DNA of 57,404 nt, taken from positions 1-57,404 of the forward strand of contig JAUCBJ010008256.1 in the NCBI GenBank assembly GCA_032718475.1, written 5' to 3'. The notes beneath the pieces were generated by a model. The model saw only the letters and a program-made list of their open reading frames with translations, searched no databases and was not told the DNA's origin. This document shows positions 1-11,300 of this stretch, piece by piece (position 1 is the first letter of the stretch; every line of letters starts with the position of its first letter). The DNA comes from Nemertoderma westbladi (Eukaryota; Animalia; Xenacoelomorpha). The translations under genes were made by a program, and so were the position numbers.

Positions 1-481
1 ACCTGAAACCGCAAATCTCAACTAATTGGTTGTTTCTAAATCAAATCAACCCTAACCACCATCCATAAGTTATCACCTTATACATAAATACGGCCCATGG
101 CCCTACCAAACCAACCCCCCCCCCCCCCACTTCCTAATTAGGCCCACCCATTAACTATATATTTCAGAAAACCCACCCTCCAATGTGTTTACTCTTATAA
201 CATGGCTAAGGTGTCAGCCCACCCACCCACATTAATGCCCCAACCCCTACATATTTGTATTATTACGTTGTTTCCATATCTGCACAAGGTAGAATTCTAA
301 GATGGACACCGAAATGCGGCATTCTAAAACATTAACACGCAGTATCGGACACGGTCGCAATCCAAAACAAATTACAATCCGAAAACTAAATAATAAAATA
401 ATGCGTTGGTTCCATCTCATTGGTTCCAACAGTTCTCCATATATTATATAAATATAGAATAATAAATTCTTTATTACCTAC

Positions 482-1499
482 TGTTAAACAACCGCGACAC
501 CTATACTAACAGCAGAACTGTTGAACAGACAAATACCCGTATACCTCTCTGCCAACCTAATGAGCTCTCGCCTAACCAATAAGACACAAAGACTGCTCTA
601 CTGTTAAGTAAAGGGGATCAGGAGTGTGCTATTACTAAATTGTAAGGGTTGCTAAATACAAAACCGCTACTTACCGTTGGATGGCGCTAATCTGCCGTCC
701 GCTAATATATTTTACTAAATTTACACAACTCCTGCAAAATCGCTTGTTCCTTTCTCTACCGATCGCTCGATAGAGAGCTAACTGTTCGAATCTATGAGCC
801 ACGCGGGAATAACCAAAACAATAAACCCGAGTCGGCTCCCTAAGCTTACTTAAGACGAGTGCGAGGGGCTTTGCACTCAGAGTATATTCTTACGCCTAAT
901 TTTACTACTGAAATACGCCAATGCTTACGTCTTTTCTAATCGCGAATACTGAGGGTTCCCTAACGGAATGTGTGAATGCGAGAATATTTAAAATAATCAA
1001 AATTGGTACAGTACAATGTCTTTCGTAGGTGATACCGCTCTGGGTCTAAACTTGCCTGCAGCTGGCTTTAGGCCAGCAACTTACTAGTGTCTTGCGTACT
1101 GACTACTGCGATCTAGCTTATTGCCCGCTAATGCAAATAACCGCTTAGCGTGAATAGTTTACGGTACTCTAAATTATTACCTTAGCTACTCTCCGCTATG
1201 CTGCGTACTAATTCTTAATTTTACTAATTAATTACAGTCACAAATATGTAACAGCCTAAAATACTGTATTACTTTGACCTAATCAGTAATTATTTACGGT
1301 AAACTAAGAGATAGAATCAATCAAAGGGAAAAGAGCGCCTATCTAAGCATTCGTAATCATAGGCACACTTTAGTAACACACCAATCAGCGTCAGCAATCA
1401 CAGATCACAATAGCACGACTTGCAATTATACAATCTGCAATTATATAATTCGCAACATAATAATTCGCAATTGACTAATTCGCAATCTACTTACTCGCA

Positions 1500-1534
<35 letters not shown>

Positions 1535-2553
1535 GTGAGGTATGCAGGCCCCTCCCGGGTACATCTAGGCTTCCTAACTAACCCAATTCCTGCCCCCTAA
1601 TACTAAATAGAGACAAAACCTTGGATCATCAGTCCCCTAATTACTGTACCGGCGAGCGGTCTCCAACCCACAGTCCAAACTGCCCGACCACAACGTTGAC
1701 CCCCGCCAGCGTTGCCCGCTTTTGAATCCTCCGCACTCCCTTCGTCGCTAACCCCCCGATGAGCCCACCGCCCACTGGCACCTTAGCCCTCCATTATGCT
1801 AATAGCTACCGTAGCGGCGCATGCAAATCACAAAGTCTGACAGTCTCAGAAATCCCTTAGGATTATTGCGCAGAAAGGAATCACATAGAACCATTAATCA
1901 AAAGGTAGAAATCATAGTTCAGTTGTAATTAGCAGTAATAAGGAATTAATTGAGAAACACAATCAAAGATAATCGCACATGTGAGGTGATCATGTGAGGT
2001 TCTACCGGCACACCGCCAATTTATAGGTGATCCGGATGGGGTGATGCAATAGGGTGACGCAATCGCTCTCCTATTGGCTCTCCAGTCCGCGCTAGCATTA
2101 GACCAACCTGGAAGCAGTTAATCCAATAAGGAGGCCGGATTGTAGCCCTATGCCCTCAAATTATTACCATATATGGTAATGGATCACGTCCCTGGCTGCT
2201 GAATGGCCAGGACGGCGTCCCTATATGCTAGCCCTATCAAACTAATATCAGCAAGCACAAAATCCAGGGTCCGAATAAACTCGCTACCCTGGAACTATCT
2301 ACATATATCCTAATACAAAATTACGTAGGTAGGGCTACATACTATACAAAATGGATGGACTCAAATATATGGGCGTTTTGATTTCCCTATCTAAATACCA
2401 CTGCGTTATTATGCCTTATCTAAAATATCACGCTGCACAATGGACTAATATTACGTACAGTATAACAGACTAATATTGCATACTGCACAACGGACTAATA
2501 TTGCATACTGCATGATGACTAATAATATGGATACAGCGCCATATACCGTAACA
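482..2553 (-). repeat. 3' LTR of element A (2072 bp)
   Basis: 1541-2553 matches 20144-21156 (I saw about 4 substitutions); 482-1771 recurs inverted at 18849-20130. Contains ~15-bp repeats and (CTTA)n at 1420-1533 and ~25-bp repeats at 2430-2525. Confidence 0.93.
1995..2078 (-). promoter_or_regulatory. Candidate LTR promoter of element A (CCAAT, TATAAA, initiator-like CA)
   Basis: Minus strand has GCCAATAG near 2078-2071, TATAAA at 2025-2020 and TCA with the A at 1995, 30 nt from the TATA. The same TATA is in the 5' LTR at 20628-20623. Motif-based inference only. Confidence 0.5.
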
Positions 2554-2560
2554 CCGCTCC
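2554..2560 (-). promoter_or_regulatory. Polypurine-tract position of element A (GGAGCGG)
   Basis: Directly precedes the TGT start of the 3' LTR; the same GGAGCGG precedes the 3' LTR of element B (26877-26883). Confidence 0.7.
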
Positions 2561-2711
2561 AAGGGAAATCATATAATGTTTCCCTCCAATTGTAGAAGAG
2601 TATAAGGTGATGTATACAAAACAAAATAAATTTCTTCCAACCAATCTAAATACTTGATACTATAAGTCCTACTATTTACAAATATTGCTATAGATATTGC
2701 ATAATGAATTG

Positions 2712-2900
2712 CATACAAATTAAATTTACAAAATATTATCTCTCTCACTGTTTAACGATTATTACATACAAATTAAATTTACAAAATATTGTCTCTCTCA
2801 CTGTTTAACGATTATTACATACAAATTAAATTTACAAAATATTGTTTCTCGTTCATTCTACATAATGATTACTACATACAAATTAAATTTACAAAATATT
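2712..2900. repeat. ~53-bp tandem repeat (4 units) in the 3' UTR of element A
   Basis: Core CATACAAATTAAATTTACAAAATATT recurs at about 2712, 2765, 2818 and 2875. Confidence 0.9.
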
Positions 2901-3887
2901 ACTTCCTTTATTTATTTACAAATTGACGGTCTACCTATTGAAATGGAACATGGCTAGGACAATGTCCCCCATTTCCCATCTCAATTAACGATCAACATTA
3001 ACAAGATAAACTAAATATAAACGTATTTGAGGCTAAATTTTTAACTAAATTGCATTAAAGGCCGATAATCAAATTAAATATAAAATACGTAATAATTTCT
3101 TTCATTTTCGGACTTTACTTAATTTCTTATAAAAACGCAAATCATCTTGGTTTGATGATTGCTCAGGTAAGTGAAAGGAGTAAGCCAAACCCGCGGGTTT
3201 GTCTCCCCAATCACTTCCTTTGCCTCTTTCAATAAACTTTAGAGCAAATAAAGTCATATACACAAAATCAAATATAATATAGGCTCAAAATCATATTTCC
3301 AACGGACTATAAAGTAAAGTATTTCCTTTCAATATTTTTCGGCTTTCGAAAATAAAATTCTAAAATATGGATACGACTAGTGTATATGAGTCCAGTCGAA
3401 AGATTGATCAAAACCTATGATATACATCAGAGCGACGATGATGTATATGTCTAGAGTCTGTCGCTCCGTGATATTATAGTCTCATCGGCTAGCTCCTGGG
3501 TCTCTCGGGCTCGCTCCCCTCTCCAGATACACCAGTCTACCCCCTGTAGACTCTGTTGACGGCGTCTTTGAGGCGTCACTTCCCGGAACCGGCGACGACG
3601 TTCCCTAGGCACCGACTATCTCCCGACTGGTGCTCCTCCCTCGGCCTCGTCCCATTTGCCGTGTCCCTGTGGGCGCCTCCGCCAACTCCTTTTCTTCAAC
3701 CGTAGAATAGAACTGCTCGTCCTTGGCTTGACGCTTGCCAAGGACTCCTCCTTCTGGTACTTGCCGCGAGCTGTGAGCTCCGGCTGTTGTCTCTGTGGGC
3801 GCGGCGGTCCTGATCCTCCACTCGTTCAGAGGTCAATGACCCCAAACGAGTCTCCTTAGGCCGCCAATTGTGCGCTGGGTAATAAAT

Positions 3888-4190
3888 CTAGACGTATATA
3901 TCAGAGCGACGATGATATATAAAGGATTGGACATATTCGGGCTTAATAATGCGTTCGTCGAAACTTCCCGAAATAATTTGGAGTAAATATCGTATAAACC
4001 GCGGATCGTGGGTATAGTTAGTAGACGGATGGACGGCGCGAATCTCGCCTGGATACTCAGGCGTGACCTTCCTCTCCTGGTGAAGCGAAGTGAACGTAGT
4101 CCAGGAACTCGAGTCCCGTGCCGCTTCGCGCCGCGCCTCTAGGTCTTTATAGGCTCGGTATAGCGAAATGGCCGCCGCCGTGTCTATCAA
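3888..4190 (-). CDS. Hypothetical 100-aa accessory ORF in the env position of element A (non-ATG start)
   Basis: ORF track; GC-rich coding-like block between pol and the 3' LTR; no recognised domain. Confidence 0.35.
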   Translation of the reverse strand: MIDTAAAISLYRAYKDLEARREAARDSSSWTTFTSLHQERKVTPEYPGEIRAVHPSTNYTHDPRFIRYLLQIISGSFDERIIKPEYVQSFIYHRRSDIYV

Positions 4191-4227
4191 AGCGGGTGTC
4201 GAACAGGTTTAATCTCTGTATACGGAT

Positions 4228-4548
4228 CTAAAGTCGTAACGGTCGGCGTAATGGGTCTCGGAGGTCGCTTTCGCCGAAGTCGATACTGATCATCGGGTCG
4301 CTCATCGGGTAACCTCCCTCGTTATATCTAAGGAACTGGTGAGCTTGACAACGCGTTAATATCGGTTCTGGATGTTGCTCGTCTAGTCGGTCGGGAATCG
4401 TGGGTTTGTATTTCCCATTTAGCTCCATCACCGACCGCCCATGGTAGTAAACGTTCGAATCTTTACATCCCGGTCGCGCGAATGGTAACTCCGCCTCCTC
4501 TCTGGCAGTAAATCCTCTGCGCGGTTGCGCTCTAATATCCTTCTCCAT
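4228..4548 (-). CDS. Hypothetical 106-aa accessory ORF in the env position of element A
   Basis: ATG in ATAATGGA context, same strand as pol; no signal peptide, TM segment or recognised domain. Confidence 0.45.
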   Translation of the reverse strand: MEKDIRAQPRRGFTAREEAELPFARPGCKDSNVYYHGRSVMELNGKYKPTIPDRLDEQHPEPILTRCQAHQFLRYNEGGYPMSDPMISIDFGESDLRDPLRRPLRL

Positions 4549-5312
4549 TATGCCCCGCGTATATACATATATATCCCAATAAGTGTTCCGTTACGCAAAC
4601 CAATTACACTGTGGGTAATCAGTTAGATGTCGCCGAAGGACAGACCTCCCCTCCCGAACCCCCCCCGCTGCCTTCCAGCAGTTCAGGTTCGACTCTCTAG
4701 ATCCCGTCTCTTCCTAACTAACTATCCTCTAACCTATTCCCATGCATAGCGCAAAAACTTTGGAGATAAACTGGCCGTGACCAACTCACTTTTTGATGCC
4801 CAAACTACTCCCATTACTCGTACTAAACTACAGTAGTTAGAAAGGACTATAGCCACAATACTCGACTATACCAAACCCACAGGTTTGATAATCGAACATC
4901 ACACATCCTGCAAACTACTGAGTGGGGTCCATGTACGCCTCTGGTGCTACTAACCTTTAGCACCTTAGTTGCACTGTTGGCACCAATCTGTGGAAGTTGC
5001 TAAACTCAATTTACACTCCTACGTAATATAGCCGTCACCATGGTTTCTAAATGCTATTTTCCAGGCTTCACGACTTTTCAAATTACTGTTTATCTATAGA
5101 CGAATTCTAAAACGCGTCTATACACAGCGTCTGGAATTGTCTTGGGTTCACTTCTAATTTTTAAAATTTTTAAATTTTCCAAAATTTTTGAAAATAAAAT
5201 TTTGTTTTGATACCCACCAGACAAAACTCAACGCAAATCACCACAACCCGCTCCTATGCATTTCGTTGTATTTGCATACGAGGAATGCATACGAAGTGAG
5301 TTGCGTCCAACA

Positions 5313-8300
5313 CTAATTCTGTTTTGAGGCAGGAGACAAATTATAATCTCCCGTCTCGATACGTGTCTCCTCTAATAACACAATATCTTGGACCGGTCGG
5401 TCCAAGGTGTGTAAACCATTAGTTTTACACTTCTTTGGGTGTGGACACTTGCACCTAATTTTCACAGTGACTGTGCGCACTATGTTTTGCACGTCTGGGT
5501 GTGTGTGCAAGATAACTCCAGTCTCCCAATACTTTCTCTTGACAATCGGCTCGGTTATCAATACGTAGTCTCCCCTTTGGAGACTCCGAACCGTTTTGTA
5601 CCACTTTGTTCTGGTGGATATGGTGGGAAGATAGTATTCCCGCCAATATTCCCAGAATGTGTACGCCACAAACTGTGTTACTTTCCAGCTCTTACGACTA
5701 TATAGGTCGGCACTAATGGGTTCTGATGCCGGCACAAGAAATGCTGGACTCTGCATTAGCAAATGATTCGGCGTTAATGCAACACCGTCTGGCAACATAG
5801 CTATCGGCCTCGAGTTTAGGGTATGCTCGATTTCAATGAAAGCTGTAACCAGTTCGTCGTCGGTAAGTTGTTTGTTCACAGGCAATGTTTTGGCAATGGC
5901 CTGCTTCACAGAGCGAACCAAACGCTCCCAACTTCCTCCTCTCCAAGGACTTTCTGGAGTATTGAATCTCCATTCTACTCGTTGCGGCAAAAGTGCTGCA
6001 GAAATTTCCTTATTCTGTGCTGCTTTATGAGCCGCGTTCAACTCGCTATTCCCTCCGACAAAGTTTGTACCCTTGTCAGAGTAGAACGCCTTTACTAGTC
6101 CTCTCCTGGCCATAAATCTCTTTAAGGCCAGGAGCAGAGATTTAGTCGACATGTCTGCCACACGCTCGATGTGTATGGCTCTACTAGCCATGCATGTCAG
6201 TAGCAGACCCCATCGCTTGTGGGTCAGCCGTCCACTCTTTGCTTCAATCGGACCAAAACAGTCCACCCCTGTGTTCGTAAAGGGTGGGTCATATGCCTGC
6301 ACTCTCGCTTCCGGGAGTTCAGCCATCTCCTGTTCCAATACTCTGGCGTTCACCCTCTTGCAAACCAGACAGGCGTCGTACATGGTGCCGACTGCCCTGC
6401 TTGGCTGCAATAGAATGAATCGCTGTCTCGCTGCCGACAAACAGTGTAACCTTCCCGCGTGATGCAACCTCTTGTGTATATCCCATAGAATCGCTCTTTG
6501 CAATTCTATTGGGTGACTAGGGATTATCACTGGGAACCGAAACTGTGAGTTTATGTCGACAGTCTGGATTCTCGATCTATGACAAATCAAACCCTTATGG
6601 ATTAATGGACTCCATTTTCTAAGGGGTTTATAGAGAACTGGTCGTTGAGCCGATAATAGATGGAATTCTTTGGGGAAGGCACACATTTGATAATGCTTCA
6701 AATGCTTTAATTCCGCTTGATCAATCTCATCCTCTGTCAGAGGTTGTTTCAATTTCCGAATTCGCTCACTATTGGTGCTCAATGGTTCTCTCAAATGTTT
6801 CGAATGTTTTAAACAAAGGTACGAAACGTATCGGCTTAACCATGCAGTTCTTTTACAAATTGTCAGCCAAGAGGCAGACGAATTTAGTAATTTGTCATAA
6901 ATACTGCATGACTCTAATGCCAGCGACGGTTGTCCGCTAGTTAATGGAAGTTTCGAATCCAAACCCGCAGGTTTGGAAACCAAAGACTCCATTGTGTCGG
7001 TCATTTTCTGTCCGTCACTTACCAATTGTGACTCCGGTTTAGTCTGTAAGGGTGGTTTTATGTCATAACTTACCCTTCCTGACCTAGTAGTCACGTAAGT
7101 CTGTAGGTCTGACAGGTCTCCGGGCCGCTCCAATGACTCTTCAGGCCGCTCCAATGACTCTTCAGGCCGCTCCAATGACTTAAGTTTGGCTTTAGACTTC
7201 GACTTAGAGACTTTCTCCACCTTGACTTCTGCATCTTCAGGCATCGGATTGGTCACTATCTTTAGTCGCTCTGGCCAATGTTCCTGTGTCCTCGTTAGAA
7301 AATCAGGTCCATGCAACCAAAACTCCTGCGACTCTTCCTGACAGAATTCCGCCGGCATTGCACCTCTCGAAGTTATGTCGGCCGGGTTCAACACTCCCGG
7401 ACAATGTCTCCATTGTTCCTTCGTCGAAAAGTCAACGATCTGAGCGCGTCTGTTGGCCACAAATGTCTTTAGTGCAATATTGTCGGCCGCAATGTATACT
7501 AACACCAAGGATGCGTCCGTCCAATAAAATAAGGTCAATGTCGTGTCTAATTCCTCAGTTATTTGCTTACTTACCTCGACTGAAACCACAGCCGCCTGTA
7601 ACTCTGCACGAGGGACAGTCATGTATTTGACCGGCATTGTCTTTGATCTAGAAGTCACAAAAGCCGTCTCAAACTTGTCCTGACTTACCTCTCGGCGAAG
7701 GTAGGCTACCATACCAAAGCCGGTGTCACTTGCGTCACTAAATAGGTGGAGCTCTAAATCAGCTGGGAATACCAGCTGATTCGGAAAGTAGGAACGGGGT
7801 ACATCTATGTTTTTCAATAGATGTAACTCGGCTTCCCACTCCCTCCACTGCTTTGCATGTATAGGAGATATTGGTTCGTCCCACTCTACGTCGGACAACC
7901 AAATTTTCCTCATGCACGCTCGTGCCTGTAATATTACCGGACTGATAAAGTTCATCGGGTCAAATAGTCTACTTAATGTCGATAAGCAAATTCTCTTTGT
8001 CAAAACTTTGTCTGGGCGACTGGGCTCAAATCTAACTCTTACCTGGAACTTATCCGAGTTCGGATTCCAAGCGAGTCCCAGTACTCGCGCCATGGGGATT
8101 GGTTCTACCCCCAATTCTATGTCTCCGCTCCCGCGATCTTTTACCGGGAACGATTCTAATAGGGCCTCCGAATTAGTAGTGAACTTGGTCAGAGGAAATC
8201 CCCCTGTAGCCAAGCACTCTTGCAGGCCGTGAGCCACTTCTATGGCTTGTTCCGCTGTGTCCTTGGACACCAATCCGTCGTCCATATAGAAGTTTCTCAA

Positions 8301-11300
8301 GATGGACTCGATTACTTCTACTGGGTACTTACCAATCTGGGCTGTTGCCGTTTTCTTTAGCACAAACAGCGTGCCATTCGGACTATCGCGGGCGCCAAAT
8401 ATCCTAACGTACATCTGGTATGTAACCACTGGGCCGGATAAGTCTTCATTCTCGTACCAGAGAAATCGAAGGCTATCCTGGTCTGCCTTACAGGCTCTTA
8501 CCTGGTGGAACATCGCCTCGATGTCACAAGTAAATGCGAATCGCCGCTGTCTAAAACGCAACAGTATTCCTATCAAATAATTGTTCAGGTTGGGACCATC
8601 CATCAACTCTGAATTCAGGGACATACCTCTATAGACTGCTGCGCAGTCGTTGACTACTCGGACTTTGTCTGGCTTGTCAGGGTGAGTCACATAGTGGTGT
8701 GGAAGGTAATAAGTCTGGTCTGTCACTAAGTCAGGGTCCTCTACCTTCCCAGCAAATCCCTTGGCGAAATAGTTGTTGATCTGGGCGCAATACTTCTCCC
8801 TAATGTCCGGATTCTTCAACAACCGAGCCCTTACTCCGTTTAATCTTTTCAAGGCTAAGTTATAGTTGTTCTCCAACTTAGGTGGTTGTCGACGCCACAA
8901 CATTCCAACTTCAAAATGTCCAGTCGGTAGTAGACGTATGGTATCTTCCATCATTTCCAGCGACCGCTTCTCATCAGTAGACATGGCTAGGTCATATCCA
9001 CCGGGTTCCATTGCGTCCCTATCCAGCCATTCGACGGTTCTGGCTCCTGTCTCGAGGTCCTGGCGTATCAATTCCTTCTGTAATTCCTCCTCACTGTATT
9101 GGAAAATGTCTAGGTCTCGATATTTAGCCACTTGACCCTCCACTATGTCTGTATAAGTCAAAACGTTAGTCAAATAGGTAGCGTGGACCGTTGAACCAGA
9201 CCCACGGGTCTGATAACAGTAGTCCTCGGGTTCACTATCTGTCCGGTCATTATGAAGTGGTTCCGACAACCTAACATTATCAGGAATCAACTCCTCGTCC
9301 GACTCGCTAAAGTCACTATAGTGGTCAATACAGGTTCTCCTAAACTCGTCTATGTCTGGTGGTTCTACTAACGGTGGTTGAATTATAGGCTGTAATTCGT
9401 CGTATCTGTTTGTTGGCTTGTCGCCACCTGTAAACTCATAAGACATGGGTACTCGTGTATACCAACCTAGTATGGTCCTATGGGCATGTGGTCCATTGAC
9501 ATGCGGCTCAGCTGGTCTCGTTTCCCATATCTGGTGTGCGATCAGCTGTTCTGCACCAATCAACATAGAAACATTCCTATAACCTACCTGGTGTCTGGGT
9601 ATCCTGAGCTTGTCAAAATACTCCTGTGCTATGGGACTCATCGGCGGCACCTTACCTAACTGCCTGCCGAATCCCTTCATAGCTAGACACTTAAATCCGT
9701 CCAATGGCAAAGCTTTCCGTTCTTGTCGAGTGTGTTGGTCTCTCGGAAGTAGGGAATCTAGATCCACCGAAATTCTGTGTCCCTTGAGGTCTCCTACCCC
9801 ATGCATAGACTTCAACTCTATTTGGATCTCCTCGGCGTCCTGGAAGCTAGAAACGGCTCTCGCCACTTCCTCGTCGATATAAGATAATGTGGACGCAGTG
9901 TCCAACATCACATATATTCGCTTCGATCCCTTATCGCCAGTGAGTTTCACCGGAATCACGCTAAATATTTCCGACGTGGCCGATGATAAATACGTCCGCG
10001 CGCTGGTCGATGAACTATCCGCGGTGAAACCTTGGCAGGTCACTTCTCTCGCGCTCGACTCGCCATCCTCGTCCGACGAACCTGGTTGGTAACCATCGTC
10101 CTGGATGCCAGTGTACGTATTCCTCCTTATCGATATGGGTTCTTTGCTCCCCTTCCTGTGAGGATTTCGCTGTAAGTAACGGTCCGTTGGGGTGTGGAAA
10201 TCCGCATGTAGCAACTTGTGATGTAGTCTGCCGCATTCCATGCATCCGTCCTTGCTGTTCGGGCACTGCCGCCGTACATGACCTGGCGCAAGACATGCCC
10301 AACAGGTGTCCAACGTCCGCACTTGAACTCTTCTCTGTTCCGAATTTAATTCTTTGAACCGTCTGCAACTATCTAACTTATGGTCGTCAGATCTTACCTC
10401 CTTTAGTAAACAGTATTGGCAACCTACAAATCCATCCGGCAACTCCTGTTGCTTTAACCTAGGTCTATCTAACCGCTCACCTGACCATACTCGCGAGTCT
10501 GATCTAAAGGCTGGGGTATTCGAATTATATCTGTCTACTGAGTTAAATGTCACAGTGGTCCTGTCATCGTCAAAACTTACCATAGACTTACCGGTAACAG
10601 GTTTAGACTCCCTCATATTCTCTTCTGAGAAGTTTGATTTCATCTCTGCTACTGCGTCTGTGGCTATCATGTCATGAATATGCTGAAGTGTCAACACCTT
10701 ACCTTGGCCCTCCAACTTATTCTCTAATTTGCGCCATTTCTGTCTGTAACGCATGTTTAAACGTCTTATTACGCTTTTCAAAACTTCGGCGTGATCACCA
10801 TGATGAGGTAGATTCACCGTCCTCAAGATGTCCAATGCGTTCGAAATAGCGTTCGCTAAGTTCAATAGCTCTAACGGAGTTGTAATCCTTCCGCCCTTAC
10901 CCAAGTCTTCTACTATCGACTGCGCCATCTTGGTTTTATTCCCGTAGATGTCACTAAGCGTCTTCATCGCTAACTCAAATGCTCTTTCATTGCCGACGAA
11001 ATTATCAGCAATGGCTCTAGGTTCTCGATGGAGCATCTGAAGCAAATAGTTGAACTTTTCGTTGGGAGTAAAGGTGCTGTTGGTTAGCTGCTCGTCGACA
11101 TAGGTTTTGAAGGTCCTCCAATGTTTATGGTTACCCATAAACTTCTGGGGTTGCTGCGTCGGCAGTCCTTGCCTAGCAGCAAACTTACCTATGTCCCTAA
11201 GGGTTGCGTCGTTCCGGGTTAACAAATGGTTTAGTTCCGCAGGGTTGTTAAGTCTGGTCCTTTCCCGGTGGTTCCAACTTACCTGCTCCGCGTCCGTCCT

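Noticed and set aside
1534-2553. LTR of A being only ~1 kb (TGTGAGG boundary at 1534)
   Set aside because: The TSD and the TGTTA/TAACA termini place the boundary at 482; the short match reflects the inversion.
3888-4548. env gene
   Set aside because: Too short; no signal peptide, TM helix or Cys-rich ectodomain.
7122-7181. SLERPEE x3 (21-bp) repeat in pol
   Set aside because: In-frame slippage in a variable linker; no sign of function.
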